A stretch of DNA of 64,000 nt from Octopus sinensis (taxonomy: Eukaryota): assembly GCF_006345805.1 (NCBI RefSeq), contig NC_042999.1, positions 145,514,001 through 145,578,000 on the forward strand, given 5' to 3'. This document shows positions 25,465-39,750 of the stretch, one piece after another (the first letter of the stretch is position 1; each line of letters starts with the position of its first letter). The notes beneath the pieces were generated by a model. The model searched no databases. It was not told the origin of the DNA and worked only from the letters and a program-made list of their open reading frames with translations. The translations under genes and the position numbers were made by a program.

Positions 25465-26450
25465 GAACCCGGAACCATGTGGTTGGTTAGCAAGCTACTT
25501 ACCACACAGCCACTCCTGCGCTGTTATATGTATAACTTATATAAAATCTATTTATTTGATTACCGTTGGTATATGGAGTAAGTTCCATGTATATTTAGCC
25601 TCACTGATATCTTAAACACAAGAGAGCTTTTCAAGCAGCTTCAGATGAAGATAGTACCTCGTTAAATGTTGGCTTAATAAACTAAAAGTGAAGACAATCA
25701 AATGTTCTTACTATCTGATCACCTTGCTACTATCTAACGGACACAGCATTTGCAGTAGTGTTGTATTCCTGAGCTGAACGTTGCTATCTCTCATAAATGA
25801 ATTTAGATAGTTTTATGGACGTTCGTTTTAAATTCTCAATACAAACAGCGTAGGAACATATTTATAAAGTGTCATTGATCAAATCAGTAAGATACTCAAA
25901 ATAGTAGGTCGTAGCCTGTCTACATTTTGCTTCATTTGCAGCAGAACAAATGGCTTTCGGATGCTCACCAAGATAGGTGAAATTGATGTCATTAATATTC
26001 CTTAGAAACCTTCGCAATAAATACATGCAAGAAAGATATGAGCCCGGAGAGAATGTCCAGAGAGCTACGGTTCTGAGGAAGATGGACGGGTATAGTCATT
26101 AATGCGTGGCCTAGACGCAGCAAGTAAGTTGAGAAAAGAGACGATCAAGAGGGAAATGCCAGAGTACAAGTAGTGTTAGTACATCCGGGATTGGAGGATG
26201 ATAATCCATTGTGTGTCTAACCAGAGCCCTACAGAGTATCAATAATTGTTAATATCTGAATATGCTCTATCCCTGAAGATAAGAGTGAGCCATTAGAATG
26301 TTGTCGTAACTAAGTGCTTTTATAAATAGCTATCAAAGGGAGGACAAAATTCATTATAAAAAGCAGCGCTATAGAACTGACTGATAAGGGGTTCGTTAGA
26401 TTGCATTTTTTAGTGCAATGTTTTATGGCTTTGGATAAACTACTCCATTA
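25465..26450. repeat. Left arm of ~1-kb inverted duplication
   Basis: Reverse complement of 27916-29041, apart from scattered substitutions and a 130-bp indel. Confidence 0.95.
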
Positions 26451-26451
26451 T

Positions 26452-26618
26452 TGATCCGCAACTACCAAGCCAATCTGATTACAAATGGAGTAGACCCAAA
26501 GTGTGGATACTGCAATGATGAGATTGAAACAGTAGACCACTTAATCGCTGGGTATAAATTTTAGCGCCTATAGAGATCAAGACATGACAGAGTTGTTGGC
26601 CAATATCTACATATCTTG
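26452..26618 (+). mobile_element. R4/Dong-like CCHC zinc-finger fragment
   Basis: RNYQANLITNGVDPKCGYCNDEIETVDHLIAG...RHDRV. Confidence 0.85.
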
Positions 26619-26624
26619 GGTGAG

Positions 26625-26770
26625 GGGGTAAGTCATTTGCATAAGCTCCAGTGCTCAACTGGTACTTATTCTATTATTATGCTTGTTTTATCATACTGAA
26701 AGGCAAGATAGACCTCGGCGGCATTTAAAATCAGAACGTAAACTGGAAGAAATGCCGCTCAGAAATTTTG
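26625..26770 (-). mobile_element. SINE family A, partial
   Basis: actggtacttatt...aaggcaagatagacctcggcggcattt. Confidence 0.75.
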
Positions 26771-27598
26771 TACGACCGTGTGTCTAGGAGTGAATTATGA
26801 AGTGTGTCCTTTCTCTCTTTTTAAAGTGGAGGGGATTCTGGAGAGGGAATTGGCTGGTGTTTCTTGCTCTCTGCTCAATGTTGCAAATGTTACTTCCTCG
26901 GTTCATCAATGAAGATGCCCAGCTTGATCAACCAAACTATTGCTCGAACGTATACAATGCACTTTTGTATCAGTTTTTTAAATGGTAACGTGTGGTTTCA
27001 TGGATATTTGGCTGCAATATTAGCATGATGTGTGCCCATTTAACGGCAGCTTCATTGACTCACTAAGGAAGACGGCTTAGATTTCAGTGCTGGAACAGAG
27101 ATTCATTAAAGCTTATGCGGCGCTTTAATTTCGTTAAAAAATCTTTCTTTTTCCGAATGGCTAACTTGAGATGAACGACATAATACCATGACTTGAAACA
27201 TATGACTATATCATTATTGACATTATAATATCCATAGAAAGCCGTACAGCTCTTGGCAGTGCATCATTTTCATTACAGACCTTACAGACTACAATGCATA
27301 TGCTATTTCAGAATCAAATCAATCTGTTTAGATTCAGAAACGTATCAAATTCTGACAAGTACAGAAATCCTTCTTTTTCCTCATGATTCCTATTTTTCAT
27401 ATCGATAAATAGGTTTTCAATCATGTTTTGATTGTTATGATTTCCATATATTTACGTATCCAATACTATATCAATAAACAACATTATACAAAGACACATA
27501 AAGGTTACCTGGATTGAATTTCCAGTTGCATGAAAGAAACAAGCAATAAATTAAGAAGCAACAACAATTAATGCATATAAAATGACTGTAACATTCAT

Positions 27599-27674
<76 letters not shown>

Positions 27675-27915
27675 CATACACATACACACATATATGCATA
27701 TATACATACATATATAAAATCACTTTCTCCGGTGCAAATTACTCGGCAATGAGAGAGGAAGTTTTAATCCTTTAATCCTGTTAGTGGATATCTGTGAGGG
27801 ATATTTTTACCATACAATGTTGTGTAGAAGAATTACAAACAACCAGTAATCAACAACCAAATCGGAATCAAATGACATGTTAGAGATGAATGGGGAACGT
27901 TTATTTTATGATAAC

Positions 27916-29041
27916 TAATGGAGTAGTTTCTCCAAAGCCATAAAACATTGCACTAAAAAATGCAATCTAACGAACCCCTTATCAGTCAGTTCAATAGCGC
28001 TGCTTTTTATAATGAATTTTGTCCTCCCTTTGATAGCTATTTATAAAAGCACTTAGTTACGACAACATTCTAATGGCTCACTCTTATCTTCAGGGCTAGT
28101 GCATATTCAGATATTAACAATTATTGATACTCTGTAAGGCTCTGGTTAGACACACAATGGATTATCATTCTCCAATCCCAGATGGTGATGCTGCCGCTCC
28201 AAAAATCGCCATCTGACTGATTGAAATAAAGTCACTCAAAGATACATACGAGCCTCTGGTTCATAGGTGTACTATCTCTCTAATACATTGGCCTCTGCAC
28301 CACGGCGCCAGATGTACTAATGCTACTTGTACTCTGGCATTTCCCTACTGATTGTCTCTTTTCTCATAGTACTTGCTGCGTCCAGTCCATCTAGGCCACG
28401 CATTAATGACTATACCCTGTCCTTCTTCCTCAGAACCGTAGCTCTCAGGAAATTCTTTCCCGGCTCATATCTTTCTTGCATGTATTTATTGCGAAGGTTT
28501 CTAAGGAATATTAATGACATCAATTTCACCTGTCTTGGTGAGCATCCGAAAGCCATTTCTTCTGCTGCAAATGAAGCAAAATTTAGACAGGCTACGACCT
28601 ACTATTTTGAGTATCTTACTGATTTGATCAATGACACTTTATAAATATGTTCCTACGCTGTTTGTATTGAGAATTTAAAACGAACGTCCATAAAACTATC
28701 TAAATTCATTTATGAGAGATAGCAACGTTCAGCTCAGGAATACAACACTACTGCAAATGCTGTGTCCGTTAGATAGTAGCAAGGTGATCAGATAGCAAGA
28801 ACATTTGATTGTCTTCACTTTTAGTTTATTAAGCCAACATTTAACGAGGTACTATCTTCATCTGAAGCTGCTTGAAAAGCTCTCTTGTGTTTAAGTTATC
28901 AGTGAGGCTAAATATATATGGAACTTACTCCATATACCAACGGTAATCAAATAAATAGATTTTATATAAGTTATACATATACCAGCGCATGAGTGGCTGT
29001 GTGGTAAGTAGCTTGCTAACCAACCACATGGTTGAGGGTTC
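27916..29041. repeat. Right arm of ~1-kb inverted duplication
   Basis: Reverse complement of 25465-26450, with an extra segment at 28185-28314. Confidence 0.95.
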
Positions 29042-29375
29042 AGTCCCACTGCGTGGCACCTTGGGCAAGTGTCTTCTACTATAGCCCCGGGCCGATCAAT
29101 GCCTTGTGAGTGGATTTGGTAGACGGAAACTGAAAGAAGCCTGTCGTATATATGTATATGTATGTATGTGTGTGTCTGTGTTTGTCCCACTAGCATTGCT
29201 TGACAACCGATGCTGGTGTGTTTATGTCCCCGTTACTTAGCGGTTCGGCAAAAGACACCGATATAATAAGTACTGGGCTTACAAAAGAATAAGTCCCGAG
29301 GTCGAGTTTGCTCGATTAAAGGCGGTGCTCCAGCATGGCCGCAGTCAAATGACTGAAACAAGTAAAAGAGTAAAA
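28985..29375 (+). mobile_element. SINE family B, full and well conserved
   Basis: gcgcatgagtggctgtgtggtaagtagcttgc...microsatellite...gactgaaacaagtaaaagagtaaaagag. Confidence 0.9.
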
Positions 29376-30264
29376 GAGTAAACAGCAAACTGTAACACAC
29401 ATGCAGACGCATATACGCATGCACATACATGTATGTAGTATGGATAGTTTCCCGACAGTGTTAGTTTGTATTCATCTGCTAAAACAGAGAATTGAAAAAT
29501 TAAATGAATAAAAAAATGTAACTTCTAAGGAATGTTATTGATAAAATATGCGTTTATGACTGAGAAATGTGAAGAAAAGTTCTTCGTTGATGCCAGGAAT
29601 AATCTACAGTGCCTGACTGGAAATGTGTTTATAAAGATTAGATTGAAAGATTGACTGGAATATTAATAGCAGTACAAAACAAATCAGTTTGACTGACGAA
29701 TAAAGACTGTTGCATAAATTACATAGAGAAGATCTTTATCAATTTTCTAAAGTTTTAATAGACTAATTGATACTTTGCATACTTCGTTTACTCACGCACT
29801 ACTTTAAAAAAAATTCTCTACATCAGCAAATGCAGAATTTTGCAGCTATGGTGTGAGTCTGTCACGATCATCGATTGCACTACTTGATTAGTACTTTATT
29901 TTATCAAACCGAAAGGATGAAATGCAACAATGATCTTGACGGAATTTGAACTCACTGCGAAAAGAGCTGGAGAAAATACTGTAAGGCATTTTCCCGGTGG
30001 TCAAATAATTTTCTAATTCGCCGATTTTTGAATTTTTGGCTCCAAAAGACAACATATATAATGTATGAGTTAAAAATAAATGCCAGTAAGTTTATTTGTA
30101 TTCATGCTAACCAGGTATTTGTAGTTGTCATGACTTAAGTTGAAGAGTAGACGAGGCCAGTTTTACAAAGTTTGAAGATGACAAAGTATGTGATGTTGGA
30201 AGAGATTCGACGAATTTTGTGTTGAGGTTATGCGACATCACATAATATCCTTGCACAAAGTTTA

Positions 30265-30540
30265 TCAACGTCATTGTACTGCATCTTCTGCAAACATTGC
30301 AGTACCAGTTATATCGGCGAGCACTTGGACACCACGACGATTGCTTTCACGAACATATTCTACAATTTAAGTCAGGCCGACCTGTCGCCGCCCACTTCAA
30401 CAAAACTGATCACTTCATTAATAACTTATCAGTGTCCAATATCTCTGTACATCATGGACCCACACACTTAAGGAAAACGAAATTAGGGTGTTTCATATTC
30501 AAACCTAGGACTATGGAACCGGTGGGTTTAAATGACGTTT
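30265..30540 (+). mobile_element. Penelope-like GIY-YIG fragment (frameshifted)
   Basis: YCIFCKHCSTSYIGE.../...FHEH...PVAAHFN...FIFKPRTMEPVGLN. Confidence 0.8.
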
Positions 30541-30967
30541 CTCATATAGTCCTTCACCCTACTTCTAATGCAGTAAGCCCTACAATGGTCTTTTGCCTTC
30601 CTCTCAAATAATGTTTTTCTCCACCTTACCGTCATCAGGTTTTTTTTCCCTTTTTTATTCTACTTCTTTCTACTTCCCTCAATAACCTAGTTTCCTTGAC
30701 CTACTACTTCTTGTTTACAAATACGCTCTCACATTATTTTGTGTTATTTATCAGCAGCTGTCTGTCGGTAAAAAAAGACAACATAGGATGTAAAACGCTC
30801 CAGTTTTTCTATTATTTCTGTCATTAAGGAAATAATCTGTACAAAACACTGGAATTTTAACTCTCCAAGTACATACATTGTCCTTTCTTTCATTTTCTCG
30901 TTCTCTTTCTCACGATCTCTCTCTTTTACTGACAGTGTCTATGCCTATCTGTCTGACTATCTACTGC

Positions 30968-31002
<35 letters not shown>

Positions 31003-31093
31003 GCGAATTTGTGTTCGACCCTCTAACTTGGTGATCTGTCTGTTTCCCGTTTGTTCTTGCATATATGTATCTCTCTCTTTCTCTTTCTCTGTC

Positions 31094-31187
<94 letters not shown>

Positions 31188-31949
31188 ATATATATATATA
31201 TCACAGACATATATAGTGATAAAATGCGCATGTATGGTGTTACTTCGGTAACAACGGTGCTTATGTTTCTGCACCTAGAATGTTCTCCAAAGTTCACTTG
31301 TATAAGTGCTGACAGTTAAACCGTGTAAAAGTTTCCACGCCACTAACGATGCCCAATCAAATTGTGATGATGATATAGATTAGAATTTGTGCTGACGCAG
31401 GCATTGCCGTCACAATTTAAAACAGTAGGAATAGATACATTAAAGCATTACTTCCGACACTTTGTTGATTCACCACTCTGTATTGGAACCGCTGATAGGC
31501 TATTTTAAGATGACACACACAGACATATCTTAAAGCAGGACCTCCTCGAGAATAGTTTCGTTGAAATCGTATGAAGTGTATTTGTAATTTGATTTCATTC
31601 TTATCCTGCCTATGTTTAGTGAATTATATTTTGTTCTATCTCTATTGTGCCACTCATTCAAACATTTATTCATATCCCATCACGTTTCCCCCTAGTTTTC
31701 TCTAACTTCAAAAATTCTTAATAGGTTTTTGTCTAATGACACTTTCAATATTTTTAAGATTCTTCAATTTATTTTAAAAATGTAGTTATACCTTAGGAAA
31801 TAATCTCCAATGTTCTCAGTTGACTGAGAATTAGAAATTTCTAATTAAGAGTTGCTATTACTGAAGTATTTAAGCGGTGAATTGCAAAAGGTTGAAATCC
31901 AAATGCATTACATAACTGCAATCTAATCTAATCTAGAGCTGTCAGAATA

Positions 31950-31983
<34 letters not shown>

Positions 31984-33575
31984 TCAAAAAAAAAATATAT
32001 ATATATATATATACATATACTAAAAAATATACGTATATACATATGTACGCATATATATATAAAAATGGGGAATAAATGAATAAATTTGGTTAGGCAAGTG
32101 ATTGGATAAATAGGTAGATAGACAGTTATGTAGACAGCTAGATCGATGCATAGATAGAAGTTACGTATGCAGACAGATAGAATAGCATGATGCTGGATAG
32201 GTGGATAGTTCTTTAGATTGTCAAAAGGTGCACGTTTGTCTAGATAAACAGGTAAAGATATATATTTGTATGTAGAAATGGTTATAATATACAAGTAGTA
32301 GTTATAGTTGTGAATAAACGAATAGCATTTAGAGTTGATGAAAGGAATTGAAGACGTTACCGACTTGTTCTTTATTCATATAGTGTACCAAAGACGAAAG
32401 TATCATATCTAAGGATGAGATCTGAGGAAGACTTGGTTATCATTTCTAACAGGTTGCGTGGCAGAACAGAAGCTTCTCCATACGTCAAATAATTATGTTT
32501 GGTACTGTGCCTAGTCTCTCATCAACCGACCTGAATAGATTTTATACAAGAACAAAACTTAAATATTGTGTACATTCACAAAAGGACGGACATTTTAAGA
32601 GAAAGATAATCAATCAAGTCGGCATCAGTACTTGATTAACTCGTAATTATTTCACCGACCCCGTTATCATGCGATCCCTGGTAAACTCCAATCGAGCACA
32701 CCTATTGCCTACAGATCAATTTCCCAGTCACATCATGTTTCTACCGACCTGAGACCAGAGTGGACATTTGACATAGTGTGATAGTATGTAGTATGTTACC
32801 CTCACTTCACTCTCTAGAATCTTTCTGTACCTCCGTAGACCCTCATGCTGTTAAAGTGGACATAGTCAAATCACGTCAATCGCTCTCCCTCTGCACTAAT
32901 TGTATAGGTATGTATCCTAACATCACGGGTGAAGCTAGTGAAGCTGTTGATGTCGTAGCTCTTTCTGTGTATTCGTGTCACTAGGCTGAGAGGGAAAGGT
33001 AGAGTTTTCACAGTGTTACTGTTGTAGACTCTGGGTTGTTGCAATTATACCTGGATCCTTGGGGATACTTTTTTCATTTTGTGGTAAAGATTATATTTAA
33101 TTTGTTGCTGCAATAGTCCGTGTCACTTACAACAATAAACTGTGTCGTAGTGTTCGAATGTGATCTGTGTAAAACCTGCTATGATGTAGTGCATTACTTG
33201 GTTTGTCTTTTTCTTATATTTTTGTTTGCTAGTGGCTGGATGTTCAGCCACTATCTATAAGGCCGTGGGTTAAATGTTATAGATAATTTCTGGAAGAGGC
33301 AGGGTAATAAGACTAATATAATGTATAATGTTTGATAAAGAACTAGTTAACTTTAGAGAGGTTCTGAAATGAGTAATGTGGAGGACACACACCCGATGAA
33401 CTCCTCTGTATCATTATGACTGTAAAACCATGAGAATCTCTTCTATCCTTTATAATGGTTTCAAGACCGGCAATTATGTCTCGGATAACTCCATAATTAC
33501 GCATTATAAATATAGCCATTGCATTTCTGAGAGTTGTTGTTGCGGTTTTCGCAACGATATATATCCTCTAACGGA

Positions 33576-33664
<89 letters not shown>

Positions 33665-33708
33665 GTCTATCTATCTATCTATCTATCTATCTCGCATAAA
33701 AGCGGTAC

Positions 33709-33802
<94 letters not shown>

Positions 33803-34760
33803 CATACGTACATACGATGTATGTATGTATATATATATATATTTATATACATATATACGCATATATATATATGTATATATATATATGCATATATATATAT
33901 ATATATATATACATATAAACATACATACATACATCGTATGTACGTATGTACATACACATACAAATATATATACACGTGTGTGTTCTAAGGTGAAAGGAAG
34001 AGTGGGAGGGAAAGAGAAATGAACAGAAAGAAACACCTTTACCACTGTTTCGTCCGAGAAATTTACATGTAAACACAATGTATTTGTATGATGTCATTAA
34101 ATTAAGCAACCTAAGGCAAGTCTTTTAAATTCTACTTAAATTATTGTTTAGAATAACCAAAAACAAGTCTCAGAAGTAAAAATTGACTGCATCAAATATA
34201 ACGCAGAATCTAAGTTGTCTTTGGAACATAAATTTGTTGGAGTAACTTATGTGTTAATGCTATAAGATACACCACTATTTATTCGTATAACGTCATTAAA
34301 TTAGACAACGTATGACAAATCTTTTAAATTCTGCTAAAATAGTATTGAAAATAAACAGAAGAGATATCAATAACGACACGGCTGAATGTATCAAATACCA
34401 CACAAAATCTCAAGTGTATTTATGTTTTAATATACTGGACTGAAACAAAATTCCTATTTATAAGCCCAGGATATATTCGACACTTCTGTTTCTTACTCTG
34501 CTATCTAATATTTCAACTGAAGCGATATATCTATATACATAACGGATTCTGATGCTGCTGAAATGCCTTTTGATAGCTGAACCAAAGTGTACAATCGCTA
34601 GTTATTGCAAAATCGATAACTTAACTCTCCATCCGGTTCTCTATATCTATTGTTGTATAAATCATGAACAATATTGCCTTTAACAAAAAAAAACAAATTA
34701 TTTATCTGTTCATTTATTCTACAGCTGCTGGGTTATCGTCAGATAAAAGTGACGGATGAC

Positions 34761-34842
<82 letters not shown>

Positions 34843-35089
34843 AATGTACACATACAGATATACACATACATGTATATGTGAGGACACATACAAAAATATA
34901 TAATGTACACATAAAATAGAAATACCTACCTACCTACCTACCTACCTACCTACCTACCTACCTACCTACCTACATACCTACCTACCAACCTACCCACCTA
35001 TCTATATTCATACATGCATGCATATATACATACAACCATACATACATACGTACATATATACATAACGCATATTACTTGCTGAGTCTGGA

Positions 35090-35500
35090 GTAAGGGTCAT
35101 TACACATACAGACCTTCCTAGATCAGTGAGCAGGATTCCATTGATATTTTGCTGAAGCTACTGCAGATCAGCTTTTACAGGAAAAAATGAAAAAGAGGAA
35201 GATTCTTGAGGGCCAATCTTCTGAGAAGTACTGAGTATAGTGGTTAGTGCGGGGATGAGGAAGTTGAACTCACCAAGACTGACTGGAAGTGGAAAGACAA
35301 GTGGGTTGAAGATGCCTGAATGATAGAAATACGAGGAACAGAAGCCGTTATAGTAGCTATGGTAAAGCCAGGGATTGGAGCATTACAGTTAGTGATTGGA
35401 TTCCAATTAGTCAAGTGGTCGTCTTCTAGATGTGGCTCAAGATTCTGTGTGCATGTTAGCAGAACCGCCCCAGCTGTGGTAACACTACCACATTACAGAA
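35090..35500 (-). mobile_element. Degraded LINE ORF2 3' end (CR1/L2/Jockey-like)
   Basis: Minus frames contain HPRTNHY.Q.F and FFP.K.DLQ..QQNINGI, resembling LINE C-termini. Confidence 0.45.
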
Positions 35501-35655
35501 ACACCTAAGCATTGCAGAGTGTCATACATGCATACATACACACATGCGCACATACACAAACTCATACACACACACACATGCACGCAGATGTTCCATGTGG
35601 AAAGTTATGTAATATTTGCGGTTTTAAACATTATAACGGCACTTCAGACTTGCAT

Positions 35656-35696
<41 letters not shown>

Positions 35697-35709
35697 CGGC
35701 AAGTATTAT

Positions 35710-36014
35710 TTTACTCTTTTACTTGTTTCAGTCATTTGACTGTAGCCATGCTGGAGCACCGACTTTAGTCGAACAAATCAACCCCAGGACTTATCCTTTG
35801 TAAACCTAGTACGTATTCTATCGGCGTCTTTTGCCGAACCATAAGTTACGGGGACGTTACGTTTTCAGTTCTAATCTACAAAATCCACTCACAAGGCTTT
35901 GGTCGGCCCGAGGCTATAGTAGAAGACACTTGCCCAGGGTGCCACGCAGTGGGACTGAACCCGGAACCATGTTGTTGGTAAGAAAGCTACTTAGCACACA
36001 GCAACTCCTGCGCC
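35710..36014 (-). mobile_element. SINE family B
   Basis: Reverse complement of the tail (ttactcttttacttgtttcagtcatttgac) and head (ggaaccatg...gcaactcctgcgcc). Confidence 0.88.
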
Positions 36015-36164
36015 TATAGTAGTTCATAAATCCGAAAAAAGTACACTCTAAAAATTAAGCCAGTAATACTTAAAAGATTGATGGTTAGGATCTCGGGGAG
36101 GCGCCACATTACAGCCTGGGTCTACTGCATATAATGTTTAAAAAAGGTGGATACGTCATAGATA

Positions 36165-36352
36165 AATAAATGGAAGCTCCTAGAACAACCGAGCAATGCC
36201 GTAACGGGAGCAAACAATGCAAACTTTGCTTGGTTGACCCTGATGAAATCACTCAAGCCTGGCACCGTCTTAAACTCAGAAAAAAGATGTTTTGTCGGTG
36301 CTCTCATCAGAGAAAATTCATGGTGAAAACATGGATTTCCCCCGCTTGCTGA
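36165..36352 (+). mobile_element. Penelope-like C-terminal fragment
   Basis: RNGSKQCKLCLV....RLKLRKKMFCRCSHQRKF matches the PLE CxLC...KCRH..KF pattern. Confidence 0.6.
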
Positions 36353-36641
36353 CTTCCGAAAAAAATAATCTAGTGCTGACTCTTTTCAGACTTAACTGGA
36401 ACCGATCTATAGAAGATAATTTAATCTCACCCAGTAAAATTGTCTAAAAAAAAAAACGATTTTCGTTTCGGAATATTTTCTTTATAACCACAACTTACTA
36501 AGACTCGCTCCTGCCTCCAGTTGGAGAGAGCTTAAGTGCCTCCAGCCATCGTCCTAACGAGTTAGTAACACTACTAAGAACCCTACAGGTCCGAAACCAA
36601 TAGGTCACTCTCTGACCGGCCATAAACATCAAACATTTAAG

Positions 36642-36672
<31 letters not shown>

Positions 36673-36727
36673 AAACAGATGAATGGTACAACAACGCACC
36701 AATATATATATACACATACACACATAA

Positions 36728-36815
<88 letters not shown>

Positions 36816-36959
36816 ATGTATATATATGTATATATATATATATGTTTGTGTGTGTGTGTTTGAGTATCGCCTGCGTCATAATAATGTTGAAACTTCGAGA
36901 GATACGTGATGAATCGTTTTCAGCAGTAGAACTCGAAGTAGATAAACCTATAAATAATG

Positions 36960-39750
36960 GCATGATTTTGATTTTGATTTTTCCAGTTTCAGCTAATGAG
37001 CTGTGGCCATGTGGGGCACCGCCATTTTGTTTGCTACACGGGTTTACCTCACGGATGCTTTTTAGCAAACGCCATCTGATGCATGAGAGAGTTCGATGCA
37101 GCTGCCCTCATCTGCACCTCCTGCCGTGAAGTTGGTTCATCCGGGACACCTGACAGGAAGAGATCCAGTCCTACTTTAAAGACATCCGCATCTACACCAT
37201 GCAGGTCCCTCAGGTTCTTCGGGAGGACATTGAAGAGCCGTGGGCCTCTGAAGCCCAGGCTATCACAATATCTTGTCCTACATCTTGATGGCAAATTTGG
37301 AGTCCTTGGTACTACGCAGTGGCGTCCGGTTCTGGCGTTTGTGTGACTATCGATGCCAAAGTCTGGGACAAGACCTTCCAGGATCTTCCAGATATATATT
37401 ATGGCATATCTTTCTCGCCTACGCTCCAGGGAATAGAGCTTTAATCTCTTGAGTCTCTCCCAGTAGCTCGTATGCTGCACAGAGGCTATCTTCTTCGTGT
37501 AGCTTCGTTGGATCGCCTCAAGTTCTGTGATCAACTTGACACTGGATGGTGACCATAGCTGAGAGCAATAGTCAAAGTGGCTTAGGACAAGTGTCTTCCA
37601 GAGGTCCATCATGGTTTCTTGTTCTCTTGTGCTAAAGGTTCTAAGAATCCATCCAGCCAGCCGTCTGCATTTCATTGTCAGTTTAGCAACATGTACATGA
37701 AAGGTCGCGTCATCACTCATGTGAATACCCAGGTCACGCACTGATTGTGCCTCTGGGATTGCAATCCCTCCGGGTCCAGTGTATTCATTGGGTATTGCAT
37801 TCAGTTTTGCATGCTGATAGTATAAAGCTTGAAACTTTTCAGCATTGAACTGCATGATATTCTTTTCAGCCCACTTGTATATTTCGTCCAGCTCACATTG
37901 CAGGTGCTTAGTGTCTTCAGGGTTCTGTATTGCCTGTGAAACTTTTGTATCATCTGCATAACTTGTGATCGTGGCTCTCCGCGTGGCTGAGGGCATGTCT
38001 GAGAGGGCCATTATGAACAGTAGTGGTCCCAAAACAGTGCCCTGTGGAACACCGCTCACTATTTGCGTGCTAATTGGCTGCTACCACCTGACTTCTATTC
38101 TTCAGAAAGTCATGAAGCCATTCTCCTAGTTTTCCAACTATGCCAAGATCACGCAGTTTGTGACATATCATTCCATGATCGACTTTATCGAAGGCCTTTG
38201 CGAAGTCGAGATATATGACTTCCACATTTGAGTGGTTGAGCAGTTGTTTCAGCACCCAGTCATAGTGCTGCAGGAGCTGAGTTAAGCAGCTTCTTCCTGG
38301 TCGGAAACCATGTTGGGTGTCGGGCAGCAAGTCATTTTCTTCAAGGAAGGTGATTAGTTTCCTTCTGACTATTCGTTCCATGACCTTGCTGATGTGTGAG
38401 GTGAGAGAGATAGGTCTGTAGTTCTTGGCCTCCGCTCTGCTACCTCCTCCTTATGAATAGGGCATATTTTACCTTCCTTCAGTTTTCTTGGAAGTTTGCC
38501 AGCTGCAAGGAAGCTCTGAAAGAGGAACTGCAGTGGTCTTGCTAGGACTCTCTTACATACTTTTAGGAGGATTGCCGGGAATCCATCGGGGCCAATAGCT
38601 GAGTCTGTTTTCATTTCATCTATAGCCTTTATTACATCGTCTTCCTTTATATCGATGTAATTTATCGTCGCCGCCTCTGATTTTATATCTGCAGTGGTAA
38701 AGAAGTCAGTTGGATTGCTGATTTGGAAATGCCCAAGGGGTGGAGTGAAAACACTCTTGAATTGTTCATTCAGTATTTCACTTACCCTCATTGGTTTTCC
38801 TGTGAGTGTGCCATCCTTTTCAAGGAGTGGCCCTATCCTACAGTGCACCGTAGCTGTTTCTTTGGCATACCTGTAGAAAGATCTGGGGTTAGTTTTTATG
38901 TTGTCTATAGCCCAGGCTTCTTTGTCTGCTCTCTCCTTCTCATGGGAGAGTTGCAGACAATTTTCAATTTCTAACAGTTTTATTTTCAGGCGGGACTTTT
39001 CACTGCTTTCAATTTGTTTGTTTAGGCGATTTGAAATTTTTGTACGCCGTCTCATTAAAATTTTCCTCTCTCTGGGGATTTTGTTCTTGTGTACAGTGGC
39101 CTTTCTCTCTGGACACATTTGTAGCATATGGCTTGCATTACAGACATGAATGTTGAAGTATCATGTCGATGTCCGGCGAGGAGAGACATTCAGGCCAGTT
39201 TTGCTTGAGGATCTCTTTCTCAATTTGTTTCCAGTTTGCCTTATTGAAGTTCAAGCTGGAAAGATTCTGAGGGTTTCTTGTAGGCTGCATGTCCGTGCTC
39301 TCTTTTGGCCCGTACATGGTCAGCTCTACCATGTTGTGATCCGAGAGTAGTGTCGGTGTCACTTTCACATTATGGATGAGATCCATATTATTTGTGAAGC
39401 AGAGATCCAGTGTGTTACCTGCTCTGGTTGGTTGGAGTATTACTTGCTCCATGTACAGGGTGTTGATGAGGTTCAGGAGGGACCTCGCCTGTCCTCGTTC
39501 ACATCTTGTCATTCCTGGGAGAGAAAGGCCCTCGGGCCATCTGACATTGGGTAGATTGAAGTCTCCCATGAGAAGTACACTTATGTGTTGTTCTAATGTG
39601 ATTAGAACTTCTATTTTTAAAAGGCAGTCCTCAAACTTGCCCATATGACTTGGGGCATCTGGAGGGCGATATGTAGCACACACAACTTTTGAGTTAAAAG
39701 CAACCCTTGGATGGAGAAAGGCCGCATATCTTTTGACTTTTCTAGCCAAG
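36960..39750 (-). mobile_element. CR1-group LINE, 5'-truncated: APE endonuclease C-half, RT, 3' UTR with (AAAATC)n tail
   Basis: TYRPP/GDFN/PTR..NTLDL/SDH (APE); GPDG, KNYRPISL, QHGFRPGRSC, YLDFAKAFDKV, GVPQGTVLGPLLF, YADD, SLERRR, PDEP (RT); three frame disruptions near 39130, 38440 and 38065. Confidence 0.95.

Noticed and set aside
26826-26983. Possible exon after a strong acceptor (ctttctctctttttaaag), open in two frames
   Set aside because: No recognisable protein and no partner exons; could be decayed transposon sequence.
28327-28644. 105-aa ORF with a hydrophobic start inside the inverted duplication
   Set aside because: Not preserved in the other arm (indels) and has no recognisable domain.
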